This document shows, piece after piece, positions 9,363-19,932 of a stretch of 64,000 bases of DNA. The notes under the pieces were generated by a model. That model was not told the origin of the DNA and did not search any database. It was given only the letters and a program-made list of their open reading frames with translations. The stretch covers positions 266,814 through 330,813 of the forward strand of contig CAKPGL010000001.1 in the NCBI GenBank assembly GCA_934154785.1, in the 5' to 3' direction. The translations under genes and the position numbers were made by a program. The first letter of the stretch is position 1, and the number at the start of each line of letters is the position of its first letter. This stretch comes from an uncultured Bacilli bacterium. GTDB taxonomy: Bacteria > Bacillota_I > Bacilli_A > RF39 > UBA660.

Positions 9363-9926
9363 ATGAAAATACGTTTAGCAACACCTAATATTCAAAAAGA
9401 TAGTGTTGTTGATGGTGAAGGTATCAGGGCAGTTATTTGGACGCAAGGTTGTTCTCACAACTGCCCTGGTTGTCATAATCCTGAAACACATGATTTTAAT
9501 TCAGGATATTTAGTAGATATTTGTGATGTAAAAAAACAAATTGAAGAATTGGTTGCTTCTCATAATGGAATAACATTATCTGGTGGAGACCCTTTAATGC
9601 AGGTAGATTCTTGTTTGGAATTAGCTAAATATGCTGAAAGTTTAGGGTTAAATGTTTGGTGTTATACAGGTTTTACTTTTGAAGAATTATTACTAGCGTC
9701 AAAATCAAAGCCTATTATAAAAGAATTCTTGAATACTATTGATGTATTAGTAGATGGAAGGTTTAAAATAGAAGAAAAAACCTTTGATGCTATATTTAGA
9801 GGTTCAAGAAATCAAAGAGTAATCGATACAAAAAAAAGTTTAATTAAAAATAAAGTTGTAGAAATACCTAAATATAAGGTAAATAAACCTATAAAAAAGG
9901 TACCAGAACAACATCTTTATATATAG
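9363..9926 (+). CDS. nrdG: anaerobic RNR activating protein (radical SAM)
   Basis: GCSHNCPGCHNPETH CxxxCxxC radical-SAM motif. 187 aa. ATG immediately after the stop of the small ORF. Confidence 0.85.
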   Translation: MKIRLATPNIQKDSVVDGEGIRAVIWTQGCSHNCPGCHNPETHDFNSGYLVDICDVKKQIEELVASHNGITLSGGDPLMQVDSCLELAKYAESLGLNVWCYTGFTFEELLLASKSKPIIKEFLNTIDVLVDGRFKIEEKTFDAIFRGSRNQRVIDTKKSLIKNKVVEIPKYKVNKPIKKVPEQHLYI

Positions 9927-9933
9927 TAAAAAT

Positions 9934-9967
9934 AGTTTAACAGATATAAAATGTTAAACTGTTTTTA
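9934..9967 (+). terminator. rho-independent terminator after nrdG
   Basis: AGTTTAACA-loop-GTTAAACT followed by GTTTTT. Confidence 0.55.
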
Positions 9968-10047
9968 TATCATACGATATTTATCATTGTAATGAAATGT
10001 AAAATTATGCTAAAATATTAATATATAGTATGGAGAGGTAGAAGTAC

Positions 10048-13000
10048 ATGAAAAAGATAAATCGAGTATTTGTTTTGGTATTTATAATTGCGTTAGCAAT
10101 AACATTAATTTCCGTTAAAATGATAGTTTTAACAAATTCAACTAAGAATATAGAAATAGTATTAAATAATGAATATTATTCTTATTTATCAAAGGAAGCA
10201 AAAGAATACGTTGAAGAAGTGTATGAAGAAACAGGTAAAGTAATTCTTACTGAAAAAAATAAAAAAGTAAACAAACCTTATTTAAATCCTGATTATATAG
10301 AGTACTTATCTTTAACTGCTGAACAAAAAAAGAAGGAGGGGGTTATTCCATCTCCAACAATCATTGATTATTACAGTAAAGATAACGCTATTAATAATAG
10401 CTTACCAAGTAGTTATGATCTAAGAAATGTAGATGGTAAAAATTATGTTACACCAGTAAGAGATCAAGGTAAGCTAGGATTATGTTGGACTTTTGCTTCA
10501 GCTGGTGCAGCGGAGTCTTATTTATTAAAAACAAGTAATACGACATATTCTAATAGTTCTCAGTTAATATCAGAAAGACAAATCGATTACGCTACTGCAA
10601 TTGATGGCATCAAAGATTATCGGAGTGAATATGTGTCATTTATTGGGAGAAAACTGGGTGAAGGTGGAAATATTTATATTTCTACTGTTGCTATGGCAAA
10701 TGGAATATCATTAATAGATTATAAAAAATTTAAGTCATATAATGATTCAGATTTACAAAAAATGGAATTAAATGATATTTTAAGTTATAAAAATTCTTTA
10801 TATGAAGTTAATGAGACAATTAATATGCCTATTTTAAATCTTCGTGAATCTACTGATGAATTGTCACAAGAAGACGTTGAAGTAAGAAATAGTTTTATAA
10901 ATGAAATAAAAGAAAATATAACAAAATATGGTGCTGCCTATGTTAGCACATATGTAACTTCAAGTTGTGCGTATGATGATACTAATTTAAATAATATGGT
11001 TGTTGATGTATATAGCTGTAGTATTGCCGGCGGTGGACATGCGATGCAGATAATTGGTTGGAACGATAATATAGAATATAATTATTGTAATGATAATAAC
11101 GTGCATAGCAGTGATTTAACAAATTGTAGTAATATAATAAATGGTAAAGGAGTATGGATTTTAAAAAATTCCTGGGGTGATAGTGATCAATATCCATATT
11201 TAACCTATGATTCTCTTAAAAGTAGCATTTCTTTTATTAAAAATATGACTACTAACTTGGATAAATCTTGGAATAACAATTATATTTTGGGAACTGATGC
11301 ACATAGTTCAAAAAAAGAATATCAATTATCTACAACAAGAATCAAAGATAATGAAAAAATAAAAAAAATTAAATTTATTTCTATGACTGGTACTTCGACT
11401 TATAACGTTAAAATTTTAGATATAAATGGCATATATACGGAAAAGAATGTATATGCAGAAACACCGGGTTTAATAACATTAGAATTTGATTCAGATGTTG
11501 TTGTAAATAAAGATTCAAACATAATAATTAGTACATCAAATAATAATGATGGCGAATTTCTTGACAAAGTTAGTTTATTTACAAGCAATGTTGATAATAC
11601 TCCCTATATATCTTTAGAGATTTATGAAAATATAAATCTTGCATATTCACCCAATAAAGTATTGTATTTAGAAACAAAAAATGTTCCTTCGGGTTCTAAT
11701 GTAACATTTAAATTATATAATAGTGAAAATAAAGAGGTAAATTCATATATATCTTATACAAATAACGTAGTGGCAGAAAATAACATTAATTTAAGACTTA
11801 GTGCTAGTACTGAATTACCTGCAGGTGATTATCGTTTAGATGCAATATATGACTCTAATGTTATTGCTTCTGTCAATGTAGTGTCACAAAGAATGCAAGG
11901 TTCAGGAACAGAAAGTGATCCTTATATAATCAAAAGTTCTGAAGATTTAAACCAAATAAGATACGATTTAGATGCTTATTATATCTTAGATAATGATATT
12001 GATCTAACAGAAGATACTAGCGAAGGTGGTAAATTATCACTTAAATCAGAAATCTGCCCACAAGGCTTCGGGTGGGAATCAATAAATGACTTTAATGGGA
12101 CACTAGATGGAAAAGGCCATGCAATTAAAGGATTGCATCAAAATAACTTTATATCTTGTAGTATAAATCAAGAAAAATGGAATGCATGGAATAATGCAGG
12201 CAATGGTTTATTTGGTTCTGCGTATGGCAATGTTGTTATTAAAAATCTAATATTAGAAGATTTTGATGTAAATTGTCAAGGAAGTTATTGTAGTGCATTA
12301 TTAACCGAATATAAAGCTGATAATGGGGATCAAAATAATACTAATGAATATAATGCTATATTTAAAAACATTGCTTTAAAGAATAGCAAAGTAAGTGGCA
12401 CATACAATAATAGAAATCCGATTAGTAGTTTGCAAAATTCATACGGTGGTGGTTTATTTGGGTATTTTGAATCCGTTTATGGTAATATCTCAATCTCTAA
12501 TATATATTTAGATTTTAAACTTGATAACAAAGATTTAAAAAATACAGCATATTTAATTAGCACCATTCAGGGAAATAATGTTGATATTAATAATATTTCA
12601 ATAAAAGGAAATATTAATGGCAAATATGCAGATGGAGACAACGACGCAGTATTAATTTATCGAATAGTTGATCAAATACTTATAAATGGCACATTTTTTA
12701 CAAAAAATATTTTATCGACAGTAACAGGTAAGAACGTATCGGGACTCTTATATAAGCATGGTACTGATGGTACTATAGCCAAAGTCAATTTATTAAACAT
12801 AAAAGACACACCTCTTTGCCAATATAAGTGTTCTAATGTAACAGGTATAAATATTTATGATAAAGATACAGAGTTAACAGAGTTAATAAGAAGAGAAAAC
12901 TATGAAACTTGGGAAAATTTTGATGAAAATTGGGTTATGAAGACAATCGATGGAATACCTAGAATACCAGTCCTAAAGTTTGTTGATTTTGAATATACAA

Positions 13001-15039
13001 AATTTGATGATATTGTGATAAATCAAGAGTTAAATAAAAAATATAATATTTATGATTACTTATATCCTAAGAATGATTCTGCTAAAAGAATAACTTTTAA
13101 ATCAAATGATGAAAGCATCGTTAAGATAAATGAAGACGGGACTATTATTCCACAATCTACAGGTAGAACAACTATTCATGTGGAAAGTTATTATGACGGA
13201 TATATAAATGATGTTCCTATTACGATTAATTATGTACCGCATTATACAGTTAAATTTGACGCCAACGGTGGAGTAGGAACAATGGAATCTATTGAAGTTG
13301 ATACTACCAATAATTATGCGTTACCAACAAATGTTTTTACGAAAGAAAATTATGAGTTTAAGGAATGGAATACAAATGCTGACGGAACAGGGATCTCCTA
13401 TAATAATCTAGCTTTGTTACCTGCAATGGAGGATAAAACCGTAGTTACCTTGTATGTACAATGGATAGGTGAAGAAAAAATAGTTACGTTTGATGCCAAT
13501 GGTGGAACAGTAAATCCTGATAAAAAAATTGTTCGTTATGGGGATACCTATGGAGATTTACCAATACCTATCAAACCTGGTAACGGCTTTAATGGCTGGA
13601 GAGCAGGTTCCGTTTCAGTAAATTCTAATTCAAGCTTATATGGTTACAACTTAATAGCAAGTTGGAGAGAGAATGCTTATACAATCATATACGATGCTAA
13701 TGGTGGAACAGTAAATACAGATGATGAAAATTTAAAATATTTAAGGCTTATGTCTAATTCTACCGCAACTACTATTGCCTTTAATGGAAAAGAAAAAGAA
13801 CTTGCTAAGAATTTTTATAAAAAATCAGGTTATGCGTTTAAAGAATGGAATACTAGTGCTGATGGAACAGGTACGTCTTACAAAGATACTGATAAGATAA
13901 ATTTTGATAATGTGGAAAATTCAACATTTAGATTATATGCACAGTGGGAATTAGAAAGTTATTATGTAACTTTTAATCCTAATGGTGGAATAGGAACTAT
14001 GGATAACCAATCTTTTGTTCCAAATGTGGAACAAAATTTAGTATTTAATAAATTCACAAAGGATGGTTATATATTTAAAAGTTGGAATACGAATGCTGAT
14101 GGAACCGGTGCATCTTATAAAGATGGCGAGACTATAAAAATTACAAATAATTTAACTTTATATGCGATTTGGAGTCCAATAGAATATGGTGTAACTTATG
14201 AAGCGAATAACGGTACAGGTAATGAATTAATACAAAATACACACTATGGTGATGATATTTTACTAAATTACAATACGTTTACAAAAATAGGTTATACATT
14301 TAAGGAATGGAATACAAATGCTGACGGAACAGGTATTTCATATAAAGAGGGACAATCTATAAATATTAAAGAAAATATAGTATTATACGCTATCTGGAGT
14401 CCGATAAAATATAGTATCACTTATAAAGCAAACAATGGTACAAGTGATTTTGTTAGTACTCAGGAGGCATACTATGGTGAGAGTATTATTTTATATAATA
14501 ATGTATTCTCTAAGGATGGTTATATGTTTGCAGAATGGAATACAAATATTGACGGAACAGGTACTTCATATAAAGAAGGACAATATATGAATATTACAGA
14601 AAATTTAGTATTATATGCTGTATGGAAAGAAACATATTCTTATGTAATTGATCTATACGATTATGATGATAATGAAAATTTTATAGAAATTCCTATTAAC
14701 ATTACACAAGATATTTTAAGAAGTCATATTAAATTAAATAGTAATTATAGAATAGAAATAATGACATCTTATAGTATGTTACATACTGGTAGTAAAGTAA
14801 GAATATATAACAATAACCGTTTAATAAAGGAATATACTAATGTTGTAAGGGGGGATGTAAATGGAGATGGTAAAATATCTTCAGCAGATTATGTTAAAAT
14901 AAGAAAATATATTATGGGTACAGGAATTATAAATGATAAATACTTGTTTAAGTCTGCTGATGTTAATAATGATAAAAAAATATCTTCGGCAGATTATGTT
15001 AAAATAAGAAAATATATTATGAATGGAGAAGGTTTATGA
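10048..15039 (+). CDS. very large secreted/surface modular protein: papain-like (C1) cysteine peptidase, beta-helix-like region, Ig-like (Big_2) domain, about 7 Listeria-Bacteroides (Flg_new) repeats and 2 C-terminal dockerin-like Ca-binding repeats
   Basis: N-terminal TM/signal. C1 catalytic signatures QGKLGLCWTFAS (Cys), GGGHAMQIIGWND (His), LKNSWG (Asn). GSGTESDPYIIKSSEDLNQIRYDL...DIDL beta-helix start. ITFKSNDESIVKINEDGTI Big_2-like. Repeated [FY]KEWNTNADGTG[IT]SY units. DVNGDGKISSADYVKIRKYIMG and DVNNDKKISSADYVKIRKYIM dockerin-type repeats. Confidence 0.8.
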   Translation: MKKINRVFVLVFIIALAITLISVKMIVLTNSTKNIEIVLNNEYYSYLSKEAKEYVEEVYEETGKVILTEKNKKVNKPYLNPDYIEYLSLTAEQKKKEGVIPSPTIIDYYSKDNAINNSLPSSYDLRNVDGKNYVTPVRDQGKLGLCWTFASAGAAESYLLKTSNTTYSNSSQLISERQIDYATAIDGIKDYRSEYVSFIGRKLGEGGNIYISTVAMANGISLIDYKKFKSYNDSDLQKMELNDILSYKNSLYEVNETINMPILNLRESTDELSQEDVEVRNSFINEIKENITKYGAAYVSTYVTSSCAYDDTNLNNMVVDVYSCSIAGGGHAMQIIGWNDNIEYNYCNDNNVHSSDLTNCSNIINGKGVWILKNSWGDSDQYPYLTYDSLKSSISFIKNMTTNLDKSWNNNYILGTDAHSSKKEYQLSTTRIKDNEKIKKIKFISMTGTSTYNVKILDINGIYTEKNVYAETPGLITLEFDSDVVVNKDSNIIISTSNNNDGEFLDKVSLFTSNVDNTPYISLEIYENINLAYSPNKVLYLETKNVPSGSNVTFKLYNSENKEVNSYISYTNNVVAENNINLRLSASTELPAGDYRLDAIYDSNVIASVNVVSQRMQGSGTESDPYIIKSSEDLNQIRYDLDAYYILDNDIDLTEDTSEGGKLSLKSEICPQGFGWESINDFNGTLDGKGHAIKGLHQNNFISCSINQEKWNAWNNAGNGLFGSAYGNVVIKNLILEDFDVNCQGSYCSALLTEYKADNGDQNNTNEYNAIFKNIALKNSKVSGTYNNRNPISSLQNSYGGGLFGYFESVYGNISISNIYLDFKLDNKDLKNTAYLISTIQGNNVDINNISIKGNINGKYADGDNDAVLIYRIVDQILINGTFFTKNILSTVTGKNVSGLLYKHGTDGTIAKVNLLNIKDTPLCQYKCSNVTGINIYDKDTELTELIRRENYETWENFDENWVMKTIDGIPRIPVLKFVDFEYTKFDDIVINQELNKKYNIYDYLYPKNDSAKRITFKSNDESIVKINEDGTIIPQSTGRTTIHVESYYDGYINDVPITINYVPHYTVKFDANGGVGTMESIEVDTTNNYALPTNVFTKENYEFKEWNTNADGTGISYNNLALLPAMEDKTVVTLYVQWIGEEKIVTFDANGGTVNPDKKIVRYGDTYGDLPIPIKPGNGFNGWRAGSVSVNSNSSLYGYNLIASWRENAYTIIYDANGGTVNTDDENLKYLRLMSNSTATTIAFNGKEKELAKNFYKKSGYAFKEWNTSADGTGTSYKDTDKINFDNVENSTFRLYAQWELESYYVTFNPNGGIGTMDNQSFVPNVEQNLVFNKFTKDGYIFKSWNTNADGTGASYKDGETIKITNNLTLYAIWSPIEYGVTYEANNGTGNELIQNTHYGDDILLNYNTFTKIGYTFKEWNTNADGTGISYKEGQSINIKENIVLYAIWSPIKYSITYKANNGTSDFVSTQEAYYGESIILYNNVFSKDGYMFAEWNTNIDGTGTSYKEGQYMNITENLVLYAVWKETYSYVIDLYDYDDNENFIEIPINITQDILRSHIKLNSNYRIEIMTSYSMLHTGSKVRIYNNNRLIKEYTNVVRGDVNGDGKISSADYVKIRKYIMGTGIINDKYLFKSADVNNDKKISSADYVKIRKYIMNGEGL

Positions 15040-16409
15040 AGAAGTTGAAATATTTAATAGTTACGATATTATTAACATCTTGCTTTTTGCCAATGAGTAC
15101 TTTAGCAGTAGGTAGTATTGATGTTTCTACAACAAACTTAAACATTACCAAAGGTAAAACTGCAACATTTACAGTAACCGCAAATAATGCTGCAGGTAGA
15201 ATAGACATATCATCATCCAACCCCTCTGTTGCAAGCGTTTCAAATTCCAGTGTATTTTTGGATATGCAAAGCAGCACTATTACTGTTACAGGTAATAGTG
15301 CTGGTACTACAATAATTAAAGTACAAGTAACTGATGCAACTACTTACGATGATGAAGATTTATCGTTAACAACGTATACTATTACAGTAAATGTAACTGA
15401 TCCAACAAGTAGCAATAACAATAATAACGATAATAATAGTAATAATAACAATAATACAAGTAACCTATCTAAGAACAACAAATTAAAAGAGTTATCTGTA
15501 GAAGGATTTGAACTCGTAAAAACTGGTAATAATAATTATACATTACTAGTAAGTAATGATATAACTAGTGTAAATATTAAAGCTATAGCAGAAGATAATA
15601 AGGCTAAAATTTCTGGCACTGGTTCTCATGAGTTAAAAATTGGTGAAAATAGTATTGACATTGTTGTAACATCAGAATCAGGTTTAAAAAACAAAATAAA
15701 TATTAAGGTAACTAGAAAAGATGGTTATGATTTGAATGATTTAGAAAAATTACTTAATGATTCTAATGTAAATGATATTAATGTTAATATTAATCTTGGA
15801 GATACAATATCTTCTAATTTATTAGAATTAATTAAAAATAGTAAAAAAGTTGTTAGATTAAACTACTTTGATGATAATAAAAAATTAGTATATAGTTGGA
15901 TTATTGATGGTTCTAAAATTGAATCTGTAAAAGAATTTTCTACTGATGTATCTTTGGTATCAGAAAACAAGCAACAAATAGATAAATTGTCTAATTATGC
16001 TAATGGAATATGCGTTAATATCAAACATTCTGGAGATCTCCCAGTGGGTACAAAAATTAAATTATATGTTGGTGATAACTATTTAGATGGGAATTTACTA
16101 AATGTTTATTATTATAATAGTATAAATAAAAAATTAGATTTAATTAAAGATAACTTATTAGTAGAAACTGGTTATATTGAATTTTCTGTAGAACATTCTT
16201 CTGAATATTTTATAACAATGTCTAATATAGGTGAAGCTACAACTAAAAATATTACATCTACTAAATATAATATATTTATTATTGTATCGGTAATTGAATT
16301 TATCATTATTGTATGTATGATAACCTTCTATATCTTAAAAGTTAAGTGTACTAAGTTTAACAAGAATAAAAGTAATATTACGGAAAAACCTATTTATATT
16401 GAAGAATAA
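15036..16409 (+). CDS. membrane-anchored surface protein with Big_2-like and cadherin-like beta-sandwich domains and a C-terminal TM anchor
   Basis: ATGA start/stop overlap with the upstream gene (translational coupling). Signal peptide. Big_2-like NLNITKGKTATFTVTANN...SNPSVASVS. Asn-rich linker. Cadherin-like LKELSVEGFELVKTGNNNYTLLVSNDITSVNIKAIA. C-terminal hydrophobic IFIIVSVIEFIIIVCMITFYIL plus basic tail. Confidence 0.55.
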   Translation: MKKLKYLIVTILLTSCFLPMSTLAVGSIDVSTTNLNITKGKTATFTVTANNAAGRIDISSSNPSVASVSNSSVFLDMQSSTITVTGNSAGTTIIKVQVTDATTYDDEDLSLTTYTITVNVTDPTSSNNNNNDNNSNNNNNTSNLSKNNKLKELSVEGFELVKTGNNNYTLLVSNDITSVNIKAIAEDNKAKISGTGSHELKIGENSIDIVVTSESGLKNKINIKVTRKDGYDLNDLEKLLNDSNVNDINVNINLGDTISSNLLELIKNSKKVVRLNYFDDNKKLVYSWIIDGSKIESVKEFSTDVSLVSENKQQIDKLSNYANGICVNIKHSGDLPVGTKIKLYVGDNYLDGNLLNVYYYNSINKKLDLIKDNLLVETGYIEFSVEHSSEYFITMSNIGEATTKNITSTKYNIFIIVSVIEFIIIVCMITFYILKVKCTKFNKNKSNITEKPIYIEE

Positions 16410-16434
16410 AAAGCAACTTACCGTTGCTTTTTAT
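16408..16434 (+). terminator. rho-independent terminator
   Basis: AAAGCAAC-ttacc-GTTGCTTT followed by TT. Confidence 0.55.
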
Positions 16435-16475
16435 CTTTATTTATGTTACTATATTTTCGCTAAGTGGGGGATAAT

Positions 16476-16793
16476 ATGAAACTAGAATTAAAAAATATAG
16501 AGAAAGAGGATATTGTATTAAATTATGGCTCTGATATTGAAAATATAGATGCCATATTAAGCGTTTTAAATGATTTAGATATTGTTGAAGAAACAGATGA
16601 TTTTTTTGAATTAATATGTTTAATTGCTTTAGATATAGAAACAGAAAATAATTCTACCCTTAATAAAGAGTGTGGTATCAAAAGAAGTTTAAAAGAAATA
16701 ATAATTGATAAAATTTATGAAAAGTATGAAAATCTTGAAGATTTAACTTCAAATAGTCAAAACAAAGTGAAAAGATATGTTAATAGTTTATAA
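16476..16793 (+). CDS. hypothetical small acidic protein
   Basis: GGGGG RBS then ATG 16476. About 105 aa, Asp/Glu-rich, no recognisable motif. Confidence 0.3.
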   Translation: MKLELKNIEKEDIVLNYGSDIENIDAILSVLNDLDIVEETDDFFELICLIALDIETENNSTLNKECGIKRSLKEIIIDKIYEKYENLEDLTSNSQNKVKRYVNSL

Positions 16794-16848
16794 ATAATTT
16801 TTTCTATATAGAAGAAAATATCTAGTTTTAATAGGCTAGATATTTTGT

Positions 16849-17310
16849 TTATAAATAAAATTCATCAATTTCTGTTTCGTAGTGGTCATTATTTCTTTTG
16901 ATTGACCAAATTTCTTTCATAGTATTTAATATGTCAAATTCATTATTGTTTAATATATCAGAAAATGATACTATTCCTACTAATTTGTGTTCATCATTAA
17001 CTAATACACGTTTAACCTTGTTTTTACGCATAACATTTAAAATTTTACTAACATTATCATCTATATTTACACTAATAACATTCTTAGTAGCGTATTCTTT
17101 TATTGGTGTATCTAAGTTACATTTATTACTAATAGCGTTTACTACTATATCACGATCAGTAATAACCCCAATAATTTTATTATCATTTGATATTGGAATA
17201 AAACCAATATCTTTTTCTTTCATAATTCGTGCAACTTCACTGATACTAGTATTATCATTCATAATAATTAAATTTCTACTCATTATATCTTGTGCTTTCA
17301 ATTTTATCAC
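16849..17310 (-). CDS. CBS-domain pair protein
   Basis: 153 aa with two CBS-like repeats (IMSRNLIIMNDNTSISEV... and ...VISVNIDDNVSKILNVMRKNKVKRVLV). Confidence 0.55.
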   Translation of the reverse strand: MIKLKAQDIMSRNLIIMNDNTSISEVARIMKEKDIGFIPISNDNKIIGVITDRDIVVNAISNKCNLDTPIKEYATKNVISVNIDDNVSKILNVMRKNKVKRVLVNDEHKLVGIVSFSDILNNNEFDILNTMKEIWSIKRNNDHYETEIDEFYL

Positions 17311-17370
17311 CTAACGTATTATTTACATAATTATTAAAATTTATTCACATAAAATTAAATAGGTGATATT

Positions 17371-18135
17371 ATGCATAGAAAAATTCGTTTGAAGAAAAAA
17401 ATTAGAATTCATATTAAAGGTTTTACAAATAAAATATTTTTAATAATAGTCTTACTATTAATAGGACTTATTTTAACCTTTAAGTACATAAATACTAGAG
17501 TATCACCAGTAATTAGTGATTACGCTAAAATAGAAGCTAAAACACTTTCTACTTATATAATTAATAAATCTATAGCACGTAATATTTCGGGTATAATAAA
17601 TACTGATGAGTTATTTTTAATTACAAAAAACGCTAATAATGAAATAAATACCATTGATTTTAATCCTATTATTGTAAATAAAGCTTTAACAGAAATAACA
17701 AAATATATTCATGAAGATTTAACTGCTTTAGAACGTGGTGAAGTAGATAAACTAGAATTACCTACCAGTAATTATTATAGTAATTTTAAAAAAAGAAATA
17801 AAGGTATAATTTTTGAAATACCTAGTGGTGTAGTTTTTAATAATGCAATACTATCTAATATTGGACCTAAAGTACCAGTTAAAATATCTTTTATTGGTGA
17901 TATATTTAGTAGTATCAATACCAAGGTAACTAATTATGGGATAAATAATGCTTTAGTAGAAATAAACTTACATATTAAAGTAACAGAGAAAGTAATATTA
18001 CCAGTATCTATAAATGAATTGGAAATAGAACTATCTATACCTATCGCTATAAAATTAGTTCAAGGTAATGTGCCAAGTTATTATTTAAATGGCTTAATGG
18101 GAAATTCTTCAGTTTTAACTGTTCCAATAGAATAA
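17371..18135 (+). CDS. yunB: sporulation protein YunB
   Basis: 254 aa, N-terminal TM. Conserved block IGPKVPVKISFIGDIF...TKVTNYGINNALVEINL...QGNVPSYY matches B. subtilis YunB (LGPKVPVHFSVIGDAF...YGINNALVDI). Confidence 0.65.
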   Translation: MHRKIRLKKKIRIHIKGFTNKIFLIIVLLLIGLILTFKYINTRVSPVISDYAKIEAKTLSTYIINKSIARNISGIINTDELFLITKNANNEINTIDFNPIIVNKALTEITKYIHEDLTALERGEVDKLELPTSNYYSNFKKRNKGIIFEIPSGVVFNNAILSNIGPKVPVKISFIGDIFSSINTKVTNYGINNALVEINLHIKVTEKVILPVSINELEIELSIPIAIKLVQGNVPSYYLNGLMGNSSVLTVPIE

Positions 18136-18181
18136 AAATAAATATTGTGTTATACTAATAATAGTAAGGTAGGTAGTAATA

Positions 18182-19861
18182 ATGAAGTTAGTTTTAAAAT
18201 ATACATTTGTCTTTTTATTAGCACTTTTTACATCATTATTAATATTTAATACTTTTAAAGATAAAGGTATTAGTATATTAACAAAAGATTATTTTATTGC
18301 GGGCTTAGATAATGAAGTATCTATTTATAATGATAACTTTGAAGAGGTAAAGAAAGTATATCGTGGTACTAAAGTAAAGAGCGATGGTAAAACAATTGAC
18401 AATAGTGATAAAAAATACCAAGAAATAAATTATAATAACTCTACTTACTATATACTAAAAGATAACTTAGTTGATAATAAAGCAAAAGTAGTATTAGAAA
18501 AAGTAAGGTATATAAGAACTCCAGTTACTGTTTATGAAAGTATTGATACTTCTAAGATTTTATCTTTTATTAAAAAGGGTGAAAAAGTAGAAGTTTTAGA
18601 ATATAGCTCTCTTTCTAATGAAGGAATAGTTGATAAATATAAAATTAAATATAATAATATAGAAGGATATATTTATGGAAAATATACAGTTAGTAGTGAA
18701 GAACTGGCCTTAAGAAATTACGATGAAGATGGAAATTATCAAATTCATAAAAGTCGTACTAACACCTTAGGTGGTGGTAGTGCTGGTAACTTAGATTATT
18801 ATCCTAATGAAAAAGTTAAATTTACTGATAATGTAATGCCTACAGAAGTAAGAAGTTTATATATAAATTCTGGTGCGATATATAATGTTGATAAATATAT
18901 TGAGTTTGCTAAAGAAAATAATATTAATGCTTTTGTTGTTGATATCAAAGATAATACATCTCCAGCTTATAAGTCTCCAGTAATGAAAAAATATTCACCA
19001 ACTAATTATCAAAAAGCTTTTAATTCCTTAGAAAATTATCAAACATATATAAAGAAGTTAAAGGATGCTGGCTTTTATGTAATAGGAAGAATTACAGCAT
19101 TTAAAGATGATTATTACGCAATTGATCATCCAGAAAATACTATATTTGATAAAGATACAAATTCAGCTTTTATACATAATGGTTCAAAATGGCCTAGTGC
19201 TTTTAATAGAGATGTTTGGGAATTTAATGTAGAACTTGCTAAAGAGGGAATTACGTTAATAGGTTTTAATGAAATTCAATTTGATTATGTTAGATTTCCT
19301 GATAGAGTAGGAGCAACAAGAGAACAAACACTTGATTATAGAAATAAATATAATGAAGAAAAAGCCCAGGCTATCCAGAATTTCTTATTTTACGCTGCTG
19401 ATGAAATACACAGTGTTCATGGCTATATATCTGCTGATGTATTTGGTGAATCAGCCCATAATTATGTATCTGCTTATGGTCAATATTGGGCTGCCATATC
19501 TAATGTTGTTGATGTAATAAGTGGTATGCCTTATCCTGATTTATTTAATAAATATGAATATGGATTTAAGGTCCCAGTATGGACAGTACCTTATGATTTA
19601 CTAAGTTTTTGGGCTAATAATTATGTAGTAAAACAACAAAATACTATTCCAACACCCGCTATAGTAAGAACCTGGGTAGCAGCATATGATGCTTATTGGA
19701 AAAGTCCTAACTTTATTTGTGACGCAAATACCATGGACAAGCAGATAGATGCTTTATATGATGCTGGTCTTACTGGTGGTTATATTACTTGGAATGCTAA
19801 TTCTAGTATAGGTAAATATACAGCCTTAAAAGATTCGTTTAATAAAAATCATTTAGAATAA
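18182..19861 (+). CDS. secreted putative glycoside-hydrolase-like TIM-barrel protein (DUF4015/GHL-type), uncertain
   Basis: Signal/TM N-terminus. 559 aa. Pattern NAFVVDIKDN...GRITAFKD...WEFNVELAKEG...NEIQFDYVRFP is reminiscent of hypothetical glycosyl-hydrolase-like families. No firm catalytic motif identified. Confidence 0.35.
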   Translation: MKLVLKYTFVFLLALFTSLLIFNTFKDKGISILTKDYFIAGLDNEVSIYNDNFEEVKKVYRGTKVKSDGKTIDNSDKKYQEINYNNSTYYILKDNLVDNKAKVVLEKVRYIRTPVTVYESIDTSKILSFIKKGEKVEVLEYSSLSNEGIVDKYKIKYNNIEGYIYGKYTVSSEELALRNYDEDGNYQIHKSRTNTLGGGSAGNLDYYPNEKVKFTDNVMPTEVRSLYINSGAIYNVDKYIEFAKENNINAFVVDIKDNTSPAYKSPVMKKYSPTNYQKAFNSLENYQTYIKKLKDAGFYVIGRITAFKDDYYAIDHPENTIFDKDTNSAFIHNGSKWPSAFNRDVWEFNVELAKEGITLIGFNEIQFDYVRFPDRVGATREQTLDYRNKYNEEKAQAIQNFLFYAADEIHSVHGYISADVFGESAHNYVSAYGQYWAAISNVVDVISGMPYPDLFNKYEYGFKVPVWTVPYDLLSFWANNYVVKQQNTIPTPAIVRTWVAAYDAYWKSPNFICDANTMDKQIDALYDAGLTGGYITWNANSSIGKYTALKDSFNKNHLE

Positions 19862-19865
19862 TCAT

Positions 19866-19896
19866 AAATTTCTTGCAATTATCTTGCAAGAAATTT
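19866..19896 (+). terminator. terminator-like perfect palindrome
   Basis: AAATTTCTTGCAA-ttatc-TTGCAAGAAATTT immediately after the stop. Confidence 0.5.
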
Positions 19897-19932
19897 TATT
19901 TACTGATATTATAAAAATAGTTGGTGATAAAG

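Noticed and set aside
10982-11588. Antisense ORFs 10982-11197 and 11400-11588 inside the large protease gene. Similar antisense ORFs occur at 23227-23640, 24168-24923, 25811-26147, 34676-34936, 36184-36858, 38778-39026, 44156-44380, 53677-53961, 55764-55949 and 61372-61563.
   Set aside because: All lie fully within strongly supported sense-strand genes, have low-complexity or Phe/Leu/Ser-rich products typical of AT-rich antisense frames, and lack RBSs.
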